From positions 1-42,003 of IMG/VR virus record IMGVR_UViG_2671180896_000003: a DNA stretch of 42,003 nucleotides; one strand, given 5' to 3'. Made by a program: the position numbers and the translations under genes. Below, piece after piece: positions 8,626-18,510 of the stretch. The notes beneath the pieces were generated by a model, which saw only the letters and a list, made by a program, of their open reading frames with translations, searched no databases and had not been told where the DNA came from. Within the stretch, counting starts at the first letter, position 1; the number at the start of each line of letters is the position of its first letter. This stretch comes from a virus. Taxonomy: Duplodnaviria; Heunggongvirae; Uroviricota; Caudoviricetes.

Positions 8626-10604
8626 CAGTAGACCCTCGGTTGTAGCTGCTGAGTAAGACGGGAATTAACGCCGGATTGACGATCGGCAACCTCCCGGCCA
8701 GTGGATGCCGGGTCGCTCGCGCCGTAAATATTGATGTTCGTTTCCTGGCTGATCTGCGCGGCTGCCTGCGTAGCGGCAACGCTGGCCAATGGGGAATTCC
8801 ACTGACCGTAACCTTCCTTCCTGGACATGGCCTGCAGAAGGTTGCTGAACTGCTGCGGGTCGCTCAGGTTCAGCGTGTCCTTAGCGCCCACGCCCATCAT
8901 ATTGGCTACGAAGTTCGAATAGGCCTCGGGGTCGTTGTTGTCGCTGGCAGGTGCGTATTTGTGGATGATGTCCCATATTGACTGGAGTTTTTCATACCCG
9001 GCGGCCGCGCTTTTTCCGGTGAAATAAAGACGGATCTGCCTGGCCATTGCCATCCAACCATCAAGCGGCGTCTGATGAGAGGTAAAACCGGTGCCGCCGA
9101 CGGGGCGCAGGTTGCCAGGATTGTTGTTACGGTCGGCCAGCGTCTTGCCCGGGCCGCTCTCCTGCTGGTCTGAGCCGCCCTCTTCTTTGCCGAAAATCCA
9201 CCCGTTTATTGTTTTCCCGATGCTTCGCGGGTCGAACCCCGTCTTGCCCTCTATCCAGTCAGCAGTATTGTTAGCGCTGTCAGATACTGCAGGTAGAGCA
9301 TCCTGGCCTTGCCCTTGTGCCAGCAGGTTCTTGCCGATCGCATAAGCATCTTTCCAACGCCCCTCGTTGATGGCGTTTATCAGGTCGCCAATCATCTTAA
9401 TCATCTTGCCAAACTCACCGAACTGCTTAGTGAGGTTGTCGATGTCGCCTTTAAGGGTCCAGTTTTTGAGGTTGATATTGAGCAGCTTTGCGATTTCAAC
9501 CCCTATCGCCTTCACAGAATCCCGCAGCTCGCCAAGCGATTTCAGGGCAGCCTCTATTTCTGGCTCCCATTTATCCCAGGGCAGCAGGCTTTGACCGCCT
9601 TCTTTCCAGGTTTTGTAGTCGTCGTAAAGCGCGAACAGCGCCGAGCCTAGCGCGATTACGATACCTATCGGCGATTTGAGGAACTCAGCGTTAAGCAGCT
9701 GCCACGCCGAAACCAGCCCGGACACCAGCATGATTAGCTGCTGTATATCCGGCGGCAGCTTTTTAAACCACTCAATCAGGCCGCCTACCGCCTGCGAGAC
9801 GCGCCACGCCATCTGGGTAATGACATCAGCAGCAAAGAGCACCCCCTTCACTATCTTCGTGACCACGCCCTCTATCTTCGGCCAGTTCTCCAGCATCTGC
9901 TTGCTGAGATTGTTCAGCGTGCCGCTCAGGCCGCCGGCCAGATTCGAGCCAACCTTATCGCGCAAGATCCCCAGTAGCGAAACGAAGTTGCGCATTGAGG
10001 TCATGAACTTGTTGGACTGCTGCGCGGCCCTGTCAGCATCGAAGCCTGTCTTCTGCATCATCGACTGGTATTCAGCCGTGAAGCCGGACATTCCTCGCCG
10101 CATTGCCATCAGCGTGTTTTCGTCAATGCCCAGCATCTGCGCGAACTGATTGGCTCGATAATAGGGCATGCTGCTGAGGCGCTGGCCGACGCCGGTGAAG
10201 ATAGCCGACATGTCGCGCATCTGTCCGGAAGCGTCCCGGGTCTGCACCCCCAGGCGGTTCAGGAAGCCTTCGGCGCCGGGATTGCTGCGCATGAAGCGCG
10301 CCAGGCTCTCCAGTGAGTTCTGGGCAGCCTCGGCGCTGGAGCCGGTTTGTGAGGCAGCATAGCCAAGCGCCTTGATGCCGTTGACCGATGCCCCGGTGCG
10401 TTCCGCGGCCCAGTAGAGTTTATCAAGGCCGCTGGCGATCGAGGCGGTGAAGCCCACAATGGCCAGCCCCGTCGACTCAACTATGGCCCCCAGTTTTACG
10501 ACGTTCGCGGCCACACCTTTGAGCGTGGCTTCAAACTTCGCCTGGCCCGCGCCGTCGATATCGAACCCCAGAGAGACCAGGTAATCACGGATAGTATCAG
10601 CCAT
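8625..10604 (-). CDS. Tail tape measure protein
   Basis: 659 aa, Ala/Gly/Gln-rich with predicted helical repeats and hydrophobic central segments; preceded by chaperone gene with frameshift extension. Confidence 0.75.
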   Translation of the reverse strand: MADTIRDYLVSLGFDIDGAGQAKFEATLKGVAANVVKLGAIVESTGLAIVGFTASIASGLDKLYWAAERTGASVNGIKALGYAASQTGSSAEAAQNSLESLARFMRSNPGAEGFLNRLGVQTRDASGQMRDMSAIFTGVGQRLSSMPYYRANQFAQMLGIDENTLMAMRRGMSGFTAEYQSMMQKTGFDADRAAQQSNKFMTSMRNFVSLLGILRDKVGSNLAGGLSGTLNNLSKQMLENWPKIEGVVTKIVKGVLFAADVITQMAWRVSQAVGGLIEWFKKLPPDIQQLIMLVSGLVSAWQLLNAEFLKSPIGIVIALGSALFALYDDYKTWKEGGQSLLPWDKWEPEIEAALKSLGELRDSVKAIGVEIAKLLNINLKNWTLKGDIDNLTKQFGEFGKMIKMIGDLINAINEGRWKDAYAIGKNLLAQGQGQDALPAVSDSANNTADWIEGKTGFDPRSIGKTINGWIFGKEEGGSDQQESGPGKTLADRNNNPGNLRPVGGTGFTSHQTPLDGWMAMARQIRLYFTGKSAAAGYEKLQSIWDIIHKYAPASDNNDPEAYSNFVANMMGVGAKDTLNLSDPQQFSNLLQAMSRKEGYGQWNSPLASVAATQAAAQISQETNINIYGASDPASTGREVADRQSGVNSRLTQQLQPRVY

Positions 10605-10836
10605 TGTTCTGGGCTCTCCATTTGGCTACGCGCGCGTCGTTATCGTCACGCATATCGAGGTAATCGTTAAGCAGCGCGATGCGGCACAGGTCCACTGCAC
10701 CGCTGTCGAGGTCTTTCTGATCGAGGTTGAAGGCGAGCGCCGGGCGAAGGATGTAATCCTCACCGCCCGGCAGGGTGTTAAAGGTTATTCCGCAGGCTGG
10801 GTGTTCGTCTCGCTGGTAGGAAGTCCTTGCAAAAAA
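10598..10836 (-). CDS. -1 frameshift extension of tail assembly chaperone (gpGT-type fusion product)
   Basis: Slippery heptamer T_TTT_TTG at 10830-10836 (minus strand) in register 17 codons before chaperone stop; -1 frame stays open for about 78 codons to a TGA at 10598-10600, 5 nt past the tape-measure ATG. Confidence 0.55.
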
Positions 10837-11210
10837 TTTCCCAGCGAATCGGCGACCACCCGCGCCACAAGCTGCAGCATCACGAACAGGTCGATATCGT
10901 CAAAGGCCATGGTGCCCTGCTGGCACACCGGCACCCAGGCGCTCAAGTGTTTGCGCGCCACCACCTGCAGGCAGGGAAAAAGGATCGCATTCACATCATC
11001 ATCACTGAGGCCGGAAACGGCGCCAGCGATCTTCGGAAGAATACTTTCCATCGCGCCTTCGGTGTCTTTGGCATTCAGCTTCGTCTGGATGTTACGGAAG
11101 TCAGAAACCAGACCCGCCAGAACCGGCAGCAGCTTGCGGGATACCTTCAGCTGTTCGAAAACGCTTAACTTAGCGATACGGTACTGCTGATCCTTGATAG
11201 TAATTTCCAT
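10785..11210 (-). CDS. Tail assembly chaperone (gpG / Mu gp41-like)
   Basis: 141 aa, acidic; between tail tube and tape measure; carries the frameshift site. Confidence 0.7.
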   Translation of the reverse strand: MEITIKDQQYRIAKLSVFEQLKVSRKLLPVLAGLVSDFRNIQTKLNAKDTEGAMESILPKIAGAVSGLSDDDVNAILFPCLQVVARKHLSAWVPVCQQGTMAFDDIDLFVMLQLVARVVADSLGNFLQGLPTSETNTQPAE

Positions 11211-11213
11211 GAA

Positions 11214-11654
11214 TTAATACTCCCCCAGGAACGGGTCAATTTTGATGCAGTCGAACACCCAGGCCACCGTCCCGCCCTCTTTGGCGTTCTGCCAGTCGGG
11301 GTGCTTCTGGAAGGCGCCGCCGCGCGCGGTCATGATGTCGCCAGATGCAGTGTTGCGGAACACAAAGACGTTATTACCCCACAGCGCTGAGGACTGGCTT
11401 TGCGCGTTGTAGGCCAGAGACAGCTTTTTGTTCACCGGCGAGGTTTTCAGAAGGTTAACGGTTACCGTTCCAGCCTTGCCGGCGTGCAGGGAGTGCATGC
11501 CCTCGCCGTCAGCGCCGATCGTCATGGTGTTTTTGTTTTCGACCATGGCGATGGTAATGCCCTCTTCGGAGTTGGCAGAACCGGCGCCGAGGTCAATCAC
11601 CCCGGTGGGGCCAGTCATTGACCCCGTGATATCCAGAAAAGAATAAGTGCTCAT
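11214..11654 (-). CDS. Tail tube protein
   Basis: 146 aa directly downstream of sheath gene; size and position match contractile-tail tube proteins. Confidence 0.7.
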   Translation of the reverse strand: MSTYSFLDITGSMTGPTGVIDLGAGSANSEEGITIAMVENKNTMTIGADGEGMHSLHAGKAGTVTVNLLKTSPVNKKLSLAYNAQSQSSALWGNNVFVFRNTASGDIMTARGGAFQKHPDWQNAKEGGTVAWVFDCIKIDPFLGEY

Positions 11655-11665
11655 TCAGTGCCCCC

Positions 11666-13156
11666 TTAGCGCACCACGTCGATTAATACATCAGCGAAGT
11701 GGATAGCCCCCGCCAGTTTGGTTGCTACCTGAATCACCGGCGCCTTACGCGCTTCACGATCTGCCTGCGCCTGGGCGTTGAGCGGGTTCGCGTAAACGTA
11801 ATAGCCTTTGGTCAGCATATCGCCTGATGTCAGCTGTCCGACGTCACCGCCGTTCCAGATTCCCGGTGCCACCAGACCGTTGTTTACAGACTGGTCCATC
11901 GACTGTTCGACATTGGTCACCAGGCGCGTCACGCCCGCTTCGGTCTGCGGGATTTTGGTGGTTGAGGTGTAAAGCAGGTTCCAGAGGTTGTTCTGGACGT
12001 AATTCTGCAGCCAGTCGAGGCCGTGGCGCTCGTCGAAGAAATCGCCGTTGGACATCACGCCTTCCTGGATGATGGCGGTATCGTTGGCGTAGCGCACAAA
12101 TACGTTGCAGTTTTTTGCCTTGAGCGTATCGGCCTGCTGCGCGGTGATCGTCTCGGCAGTAATGCCCGGTTCCTGCTTGAATTTCAGGGTAATGGTGGTG
12201 TTGTTACCCAGGAAATTTACTGTGAACGCGCGACCAAAGGCAGAGGCTGCGGCATAAGGCACCTGGCTGTACTGGCAGAACGTGCGGCCATAACCGGCGG
12301 CTTTCAGCCTGTAGGCAATATCCGTGGTGCTGGTTGAGTCCAGGACCTCGGCCGCCGCAGTCGTCACACCGTACACCCGGGAATCGCTCGCAGAGCCGAT
12401 CAGGGCAGAAACATCGATATGGTCCTGGTCCGTCATTGCAGTATCGGCGATAACCAGGCCGTACCAGTCGGCTGAGTAGTTCAGCGCTGTGTTCACCGAC
12501 GGCAGCACTGAAGATGAAGCATCCTGGCCGTTTGACACGGTTGGGTTATGCGCTGAGTCAATGCCCAGCAGCGGCGCCAGGTCAGTGCCAGTGCCGGCAG
12601 CAACAGGAATACCAATTGCTGAGGTGGCCCCGGTAGTGGAAGACGTCACCACAAACTGATTCGAGCCGGCCACGTAGGAAACGGCGGTGCCGGTAAGTTT
12701 CGCAGTGATGGCCGTCGCTACTCCGGCCAGATCGGTCACCGCTGACAGGTCGATACCCGTTACGGTTTTAACAGTGCCGTCCACCGAGATCTTAATCGCG
12801 CCATCGTCAACCGCGGTGAAGTTTGCGATTGCCTGCTCTGCAGAGGTCAGTACAGCACCAGTGAGCTTGCCGGCCGTTGCCGGGCTGGAGGCGCGTTCCA
12901 GTTTTCCGATATAAAGATCGCGGGGCTGCGGCGACTGCTGGAAGTAAAGGTTTGCCGCCTTGTACTCTTCAGCGGTAGTGCCAAAGTCGGTGGCGACACT
13001 TTCGATATCCTGGTAAAGGCGCATCACTTCCGGGGCAGTGATTACGTCGGCGGTGCCGAGAACCAGCAGCGCGCCGAAGTTACGCCCGGCCGCCGCGCGA
13101 ACGGCGAGCGCGACCTGCACGCGAACGACGCGTGATACAGATAAGCCGTTAGGCAT
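11666..13156 (-). CDS. Tail sheath protein
   Basis: 496 aa; position upstream of tube gene; size typical of sheath proteins. Confidence 0.7.
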   Translation of the reverse strand: MPNGLSVSRVVRVQVALAVRAAAGRNFGALLVLGTADVITAPEVMRLYQDIESVATDFGTTAEEYKAANLYFQQSPQPRDLYIGKLERASSPATAGKLTGAVLTSAEQAIANFTAVDDGAIKISVDGTVKTVTGIDLSAVTDLAGVATAITAKLTGTAVSYVAGSNQFVVTSSTTGATSAIGIPVAAGTGTDLAPLLGIDSAHNPTVSNGQDASSSVLPSVNTALNYSADWYGLVIADTAMTDQDHIDVSALIGSASDSRVYGVTTAAAEVLDSTSTTDIAYRLKAAGYGRTFCQYSQVPYAAASAFGRAFTVNFLGNNTTITLKFKQEPGITAETITAQQADTLKAKNCNVFVRYANDTAIIQEGVMSNGDFFDERHGLDWLQNYVQNNLWNLLYTSTTKIPQTEAGVTRLVTNVEQSMDQSVNNGLVAPGIWNGGDVGQLTSGDMLTKGYYVYANPLNAQAQADREARKAPVIQVATKLAGAIHFADVLIDVVR

Positions 13157-13159
13157 GAT

Positions 13160-13702
13160 TTAATCTCCGAAAAATTGTACTGGAGCAGAGAGGATGGATT
13201 TGATGCCGTACTCGCGTACCGTTTTGCGGCGTAGCGTCACAGACAGGTCGTAGCGACGCTGCCACTGGTTGTTAACGAGCTCGGGCGCCGGGATGATTCG
13301 GCCCACCTCGCCGAGCGTGAGGCCGACGCGATTTAGCTCAGCGTTGTTCTGGGACACGAACAGACCGTTACGAAACGTTTTGGCGTAAGCCTGGCCTGCA
13401 GGGCCGTAGAAACAGCAGAGCACCACCAGCGATTCGAATTGCCACTGGTAGTCGGTGTCGTCGTCCCTGGTGACCGATGCCGGGTTGGCTGTGTCCTGGA
13501 AGTCTGTGATACCAAACCCGCACCAGTTGGTGCCCAGCACCGGGATCGCTGGCTGAGGGTCAGTAAAGCGTGGTATGGCCATGCCATCCAGCAGGCCAGA
13601 AACACCGCGAATCCACCGGCTGAGCTCGCGCTCAAGCGCCTGGTCGTACTGCGGCGGCTGGCTGGTAGGCGTCAGGTATCCGGGATGTGTGGTGTCATTC
13701 AA
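13160..13702 (-). CDS. Hypothetical phage structural protein (neck/tail-completion region)
   Basis: ORF open to 13783, but a TTG at 13700-13702 preceded by GGAGG avoids an 89-nt overlap with the upstream gene; start uncertain. Confidence 0.45.
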   Translation of the reverse strand: MNDTTHPGYLTPTSQPPQYDQALERELSRWIRGVSGLLDGMAIPRFTDPQPAIPVLGTNWCGFGITDFQDTANPASVTRDDDTDYQWQFESLVVLCCFYGPAGQAYAKTFRNGLFVSQNNAELNRVGLTLGEVGRIIPAPELVNNQWQRRYDLSVTLRRKTVREYGIKSILSAPVQFFGD

Positions 13703-14081
13703 CTGGCGTACCTCCGTTAAACTCCACCAGCTCACAGTGGGCCTGAACGAACCCGGCACCATATGAGGTGTACGGATCCACAAACGTTACGCGGTAATGC
13801 CGCCCGTTGTAGAGCACCACGTCAGCATCCTGACCGGGCAGGCCCTGCGTTAAGCGGAAGGTGGTAACCACCAGGATTGCGCCGCCAATAACCTGCCCTG
13901 CCGCCATGCGCCGGGCTTCCAGCGAGCGGTCGACGGTGACCACGCCGTTAAACGGAATATCCTCCGGCGTATTGGTCACGAAGCCGTCAGCATCCTTCGC
14001 CTGGTGGTTGCGGATGCAGACCAGCGTGTAATCGCAAAAATCAGGATCCGACAACACATCGGTGACATCGAGAAAAGGCAT
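13695..14081 (-). CDS. Hypothetical phage head-tail joining protein
   Basis: 128 aa; start overlaps upstream stop; located between virion-morphogenesis gene and sheath. Confidence 0.45.
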   Translation of the reverse strand: MPFLDVTDVLSDPDFCDYTLVCIRNHQAKDADGFVTNTPEDIPFNGVVTVDRSLEARRMAAGQVIGGAILVVTTFRLTQGLPGQDADVVLYNGRHYRVTFVDPYTSYGAGFVQAHCELVEFNGGTPVE

Positions 14082-14587
14082 TATTTTTTACCTCTCACAA
14101 CGAAGGTGATCGAGCGAAGCAGATAGCCATGGTCATACAGCGGCTTAATGCCTGCGTACCCGCGCTCTCTGCGTTTCTGGATAGTGAAATCGGATATTGG
14201 TGCCAGCCGATCACCATCCGTAATAACGCGCTTCGCGGCATCCGATGCCAGCTGACCTGCGCTGGTAAGCTCGCGCTCAGCACCAGAGAAATTGCCATCG
14301 AGCGCATGACCTGCGGCCGCCTTGAGGTGCTCAGCAGTTACCTTTGCCGAATCCTCAATACCGATGTCCAGGAACGGGCGCGGCGGCAAGGTCACCTCCT
14401 GCCCACCGAGCCGGACCGTCGCCCCGGTGGATTGCAGATAGGCGATCTCAGCGTTGTTGAGATCTTCCCCATCCTCACGCACAGCGTTGGATTCAGGGAT
14501 GCCCACCAGCACATCCATGCGGGACACTCTGTCCAGCCCGGCCAGCACGGATGCGGCATTGTCTGCCCTGACCTTCACGCCGCTCAT
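14081..14587 (-). CDS. Phage virion morphogenesis / tail completion family protein
   Basis: Protein from MSGVKVRADNAASVLAGL... contains PPRPFLDIG motif recalled from virion morphogenesis family; ATG 14585-14587 overlaps upstream stop. Confidence 0.5.
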   Translation of the reverse strand: MSGVKVRADNAASVLAGLDRVSRMDVLVGIPESNAVREDGEDLNNAEIAYLQSTGATVRLGGQEVTLPPRPFLDIGIEDSAKVTAEHLKAAAGHALDGNFSGAERELTSAGQLASDAAKRVITDGDRLAPISDFTIQKRRERGYAGIKPLYDHGYLLRSITFVVRGKK

Positions 14588-14991
14588 AACAGTTGCCGCC
14601 CGCCAGCACCGAACATCAACCACCACCAGAAGAACTCCTGGCCGTATCCGGTTTTATTCCAGAATCCGGCGTCAGGGTTGATGGTGCCCGAGTTGTCATA
14701 GCTGACGCTGACCTTATCGACAGACTTCGACGACGCTACGCCGCTGCCACCGCTACTGACAAAGCCGCCAGAGGCGCCCGCCAGCGCGCGACCACGCAGC
14801 TCAACGTAATGCGCAGTGAACAGCTCCGCCAGGTAAACGAACTGGTCGCCGTGCACATCCTGATTGAGGATGGCGTCAGCCTGGCAGAGGTAAAAATTTA
14901 CCGCGGCGTCTGGATAGCGGGTGGTGTTGGCAAACTCAGGAAAGTCGGTGCGGAATTGATCACTTGTTGGCAGAAGGCTGTTTTTTGGCAT
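14584..14991 (-). CDS. Hypothetical phage structural protein
   Basis: Protein from MPKNSLLPTSDQFRTDFPEF...; GGAGG 7 nt upstream of ATG; C-terminus Gly/Ser-rich with FFWWW. Confidence 0.45.
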   Translation of the reverse strand: MPKNSLLPTSDQFRTDFPEFANTTRYPDAAVNFYLCQADAILNQDVHGDQFVYLAELFTAHYVELRGRALAGASGGFVSSGGSGVASSKSVDKVSVSYDNSGTINPDAGFWNKTGYGQEFFWWWLMFGAGGRQLL

Positions 14992-15325
14992 TGCCAGCCT
15001 CCTGTGATGCAAGCTTCTCAGTCAGATCATCCAGCTGCTGCTGCAGGCCGGCGATGGTGTCTGACTGCTCTGCGATAGTGACATCCTTATCCGTCACCTG
15101 CTGCTGCAGGCCGGCGATGGTGGATTCCAGCGCCGAGATCTTAAGCGAGAGGTCTTCGCCTCCCTGGCTCTGCTTCAGATCTTCTTCACTGATGGCCTGC
15201 GCATGCGCACCAAAAGCCCAGTGCTCGGTAACGCGCTTATCGAAGCTGTGCACGCCAGGGGTAAGTTCTACCTGCGAACCATCGGCAAAGCGCAGCACGG
15301 TCCCGGTATTAACGAGATATTTCAT
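14960..15325 (-). CDS. Hypothetical protein with C-terminal coiled coil containing a 21-aa tandem repeat
   Basis: Protein from MKYLVNTGTVLRFADGSQ...; ATG 15323-15325 with GGAGA upstream; DNA direct repeat of 25 bp at 15035-15059 and 15098-15122 encodes TIAGLQQQ twice. Confidence 0.5.
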   Translation of the reverse strand: MKYLVNTGTVLRFADGSQVELTPGVHSFDKRVTEHWAFGAHAQAISEEDLKQSQGGEDLSLKISALESTIAGLQQQVTDKDVTIAEQSDTIAGLQQQLDDLTEKLASQEAGNAKKQPSANK

Positions 15326-15362
15326 GTTCTCTCCAGAACGGCGGGTTGCCCCGCCATAGGGG

Positions 15363-16307
15363 TTAAGCTGCAGGCACGTCCATGTAGGCAATGGTGTTGC
15401 CGTACGGGGTTTCCACCTGGCCCAGGCGGCCGTAGTAGGTTGTCAGCTGATACAGGCCGCGGTATTCCAGCGGGGTATTCAGCAGCGGCACCAGCGGGAA
15501 GCGAATGAATTTCTCATCCTGGGTGTACGCTACAACGCGGTGTGCACCAGCCGCGCCGCGTTTGGATGCCCATTTCATGGACACGATTTCCAGCGGTTCG
15601 CCGTTTTCCTGGAACGCGATACAGTTAACTTTCACGTACTCCAGCACGGAGATATTGCCCGCATCAGAAACCTTCTTGCTTGCCAGCAGGCCGAATAACT
15701 CCGGCGCCAGGCCGACTTTTTTCGGGCAAATTGCGTAACCTGAAGTCACCCATGCCTGGGAGAGGATGAGGTTAAAGTCCTGTACGATTTCGTCAGGGCT
15801 GGCGGTGGCCCACGCTTTGGCTGCGCTGATCGGCGTTACCTGGGAAAGGTTCAACAGGCCGGTGATACCCATGTCGCTGTCGCCGATATAAACCTGCTCA
15901 TCGATGTCCATGTTCCATTTCAGCTGCATGGCATCATACTTTTGGCTGTCGATTGGGCGTCCAACCTGCTGCGCTGAAGCCAGTTCCGGCAAGGTCCAGC
16001 CCAGCTCCATACCCCACAGGCTAAGCGGCTGTGCGGTCTTCTCGATATAGAGATTGGTCTGCGGAAGCGCGGTGGAGTTTTTGCCTATCCAGTTTTTACC
16101 GTTCGGGTTTACACCACCAGCGGCTGCCAGATCGGTGTTGGTGAAAGATGACTGCTCGTCGGCGATAGAAACATCGCTACGCAGAGGCATATCGCGCGAC
16201 CACTTATAGCTAACCAGCGGCAGGTTGAGCGTCTGGTCGAGGCGTTCAAGTTCGCCGACCAGGAATACGCCAGCAGCGTCTACGGTGGCCTTATCAATGG
16301 TAATCAT
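15363..16307 (-). CDS. Major capsid protein (Mu gpT-like)
   Basis: 314 aa; follows protease/scaffold and a small head protein; size and position match Mu-like major head subunit; hairpin GGCGGG-TTGC-CCCGCC downstream. Confidence 0.7.
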   Translation of the reverse strand: MITIDKATVDAAGVFLVGELERLDQTLNLPLVSYKWSRDMPLRSDVSIADEQSSFTNTDLAAAGGVNPNGKNWIGKNSTALPQTNLYIEKTAQPLSLWGMELGWTLPELASAQQVGRPIDSQKYDAMQLKWNMDIDEQVYIGDSDMGITGLLNLSQVTPISAAKAWATASPDEIVQDFNLILSQAWVTSGYAICPKKVGLAPELFGLLASKKVSDAGNISVLEYVKVNCIAFQENGEPLEIVSMKWASKRGAAGAHRVVAYTQDEKFIRFPLVPLLNTPLEYRGLYQLTTYYGRLGQVETPYGNTIAYMDVPAA

Positions 16308-16318
16308 TCATCGTTCCT

Positions 16319-16837
16319 TTAGATGTTGTAGGCGATTTCAACGTTGCCGTGGGTGGTGGTGGCGCTGCTGTCCCCCGGCCCCATCACTTTGGCGATGGTC
16401 AGCTCCGGGGTGTTTTCTGCGGTAGCGTCTGGCTTGAGCACCACTGAACCAAGAGGACTGGAGGCAGTAGGCTCAGCAACGCGGATATAAACCTTGTCGC
16501 CCTTCTTGGCGGTACCGGCCTGTGCTGCTGGCACCGCTACGGCGATATAACCGCGCTTGAGGGCATCGCCGGTATAACCGCTCGTGATGCCCAGCGCGCG
16601 AGCGTCGGTCGGGTTGGTGGTCGGGTATGGGCGAATGAAGATACCGTCAACATCGTCGATATCATCACCAGCTTCCAGCGGCACAAATTTACCGTTGAGG
16701 TTTTTGCCAGCCAGACCATACGAAGGGAATGGCTTAGCGGCATCGAGAATCACCGGCTCTGCGGTGAGGTCCTGCGGGCGAGTTACGGCACCAGGGAAGC
16801 CCAGCCCCATGCGAGTTAGATAAGCTTTACCAGCCAT
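16319..16837 (-). CDS. Capsid-associated protein (hypothetical; decoration/cement position)
   Basis: 172 aa between scaffold/protease and major capsid genes. Confidence 0.45.
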   Translation of the reverse strand: MAGKAYLTRMGLGFPGAVTRPQDLTAEPVILDAAKPFPSYGLAGKNLNGKFVPLEAGDDIDDVDGIFIRPYPTTNPTDARALGITSGYTGDALKRGYIAVAVPAAQAGTAKKGDKVYIRVAEPTASSPLGSVVLKPDATAENTPELTIAKVMGPGDSSATTTHGNVEIAYNI

Positions 16838-16848
16838 TGTTGGTTACC

Positions 16849-18102
16849 TTATTTGTTACGTTTCCAGAATTCGGCGTTGATTTTGTTCAACTCAGCCGGG
16901 GACATTGGGCCGCGGGCGCGGTCGCCAGTTGGTTTGCCTGAAGGCGGGGTGATGCGGTTCTTTGCCTTACTGATCTCGACTGCAGCCTTAAACACCGCAT
17001 CGACAGTGGCCTTCGGCGCTTTGGCGAAGTCGGAAATGCCAAACGCCTTCAGGCTGTCGCCTGTGCGCAGCGCCTGGTTGAGTACCTGACGCTTCAGGCC
17101 TTTGTCGCCGGCAGGCTGGAAGCCCGGGCAGATGATCTCTGCGTCGCCGATGATGTTGCGCTTATAGGCCGCATCGCCGGTTACCTTCGCATCCTCTTTC
17201 GCGTCTTCGTCACCGGTTTTGGTTTCGTCGTCCAGATCAGCATCGCCAGTTTTGCCTTCCAGCTTATCGAGTCGAGCAATCAGAGCCTGCGCCCAGGCGG
17301 GCGCCTCTTCATCACCGGTTTTCTTTTCCGGATCGGTATCTTCATCGACCGTGGTCTTCTGGTCTGCTGGCAGCGCGGTAGCCTGTGAAGGCACGTTCAT
17401 GTTGATGGTTACGCCGGGGATGGAACCCATGCCGTCAGATGGCATGTCCGGCGCTTCATCGATGAGCTTCGTCAGCGCGTCCTCATCTTTCGTCTTAATG
17501 GCCTGAGCCAGTTTTTTCAGCCATGACATTGCAGGCTTCTCCTTTGGTTTTGATGGGGCCGAATCCCCGATTGCACAGCGGGAGCCCGCCCGGCCCTTAT
17601 CAACGATGGCCAGATGGTTTCCTGTGATTTCTGTTTGCTTGCCCTTGCCCGGGCCGATTTGCACGTACTGGGCGTCGTAGCCACAGCTGACCTGGTTTTT
17701 ACCAGCGTTGACCGCATCGATGCCTTCCTGCCGCTTCACCAGCACATCAGCGATCAACAGGTCGGTTTTATCGCCGGTGCCGCGGCGGACGTTCTGGATA
17801 TGGCCATGGGCCAGCTCCGCGAAGTTCGCCGGGTTAACGAAAACGATGTTGCCTTCGCCGTCTTCCGGGTGATCCAGCGTTACCGCCATGCCCTCGAAGC
17901 TCGCCATAGTCTCTGGAGAGAAAACCTCGTCCTCGGTGCGATAGATGACCACCAGCCCATCTGCGCCAGGCTCAAGGCCGATTTCTTCGGGAAGATAGGT
18001 TTGCGTGCCGGTGCGGGCGATCGGGACGTCTTTGCACAGCAGGGAGCCGTCCGCCAGCTGGTAGCGCGTTTCGCCAAGGCGGGTAATGAAGAAGTATTTC
18101 AT
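16849..18102 (-). CDS. Prohead protease/scaffold protein (Mu gpI-like)
   Basis: 417 aa; long acidic, Lys/Asp/Glu-rich C-terminal half typical of scaffolding domains; position between Mu F-like gene and capsid. Confidence 0.6.
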   Translation of the reverse strand: MKYFFITRLGETRYQLADGSLLCKDVPIARTGTQTYLPEEIGLEPGADGLVVIYRTEDEVFSPETMASFEGMAVTLDHPEDGEGNIVFVNPANFAELAHGHIQNVRRGTGDKTDLLIADVLVKRQEGIDAVNAGKNQVSCGYDAQYVQIGPGKGKQTEITGNHLAIVDKGRAGSRCAIGDSAPSKPKEKPAMSWLKKLAQAIKTKDEDALTKLIDEAPDMPSDGMGSIPGVTINMNVPSQATALPADQKTTVDEDTDPEKKTGDEEAPAWAQALIARLDKLEGKTGDADLDDETKTGDEDAKEDAKVTGDAAYKRNIIGDAEIICPGFQPAGDKGLKRQVLNQALRTGDSLKAFGISDFAKAPKATVDAVFKAAVEISKAKNRITPPSGKPTGDRARGPMSPAELNKINAEFWKRNK

Positions 18103-18126
18103 GGGTTACCTGCTGAATTGCGGGCA

Positions 18127-18151
18127 GTAAAAAGGCCGCGCAGTAGCGGCC
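18127..18151 (-). terminator. Intrinsic terminator (minus orientation) upstream of scaffold gene
   Basis: GGCCGC-GCAGTA-GCGGCC hairpin followed on minus strand by TTTTT. Confidence 0.55.
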
Positions 18152-18269
18152 ACTGGGGTTTATCTAATGCTTTAGCACGAGCTCTTCACCACTAATTTTC
18201 GGCCTTGACACTCTAAATTCGATAGTGAAAACATGAACATTGATTCCCACCACCAAAAGGAGTTTTGAA

Positions 18270-18467
18270 ATGAGCACTAAAGCAGAATTGTTAGCGAAGA
18301 TGGATCGCATGGCAGATGAGTGGTCACGCACCACTGGCCTCAACAATGACTATGTTGAGGGCGAGCGTTACACCAAAATCAAAGACCAACTTGCAGCGCT
18401 CGGGGTGAACGCTCGCATTGATGCCGTAGAGGGTAATTCAGCTCAATTCAGGGTTTATGTAGATTGA
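18270..18467 (+). CDS. Hypothetical small protein (moron embedded antisense in head gene cluster)
   Basis: 65 aa from MSTKAELLAKMDRMADEW...; strong RBS AAGGAG 7 nt upstream of ATG; followed by strong terminator. Confidence 0.6.
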   Translation: MSTKAELLAKMDRMADEWSRTTGLNNDYVEGERYTKIKDQLAALGVNARIDAVEGNSAQFRVYVD

Positions 18468-18482
18468 GAAAGCCTCCCTCCC

Positions 18483-18510
18483 AGCCATCCTTGTGATGGC
18501 TTTTTTATTT
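18483..18510 (+). terminator. Intrinsic terminator (plus orientation)
   Basis: AGCCATC-CTTGT-GATGGCT hairpin followed by TTTTTTATTT. Confidence 0.75.
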
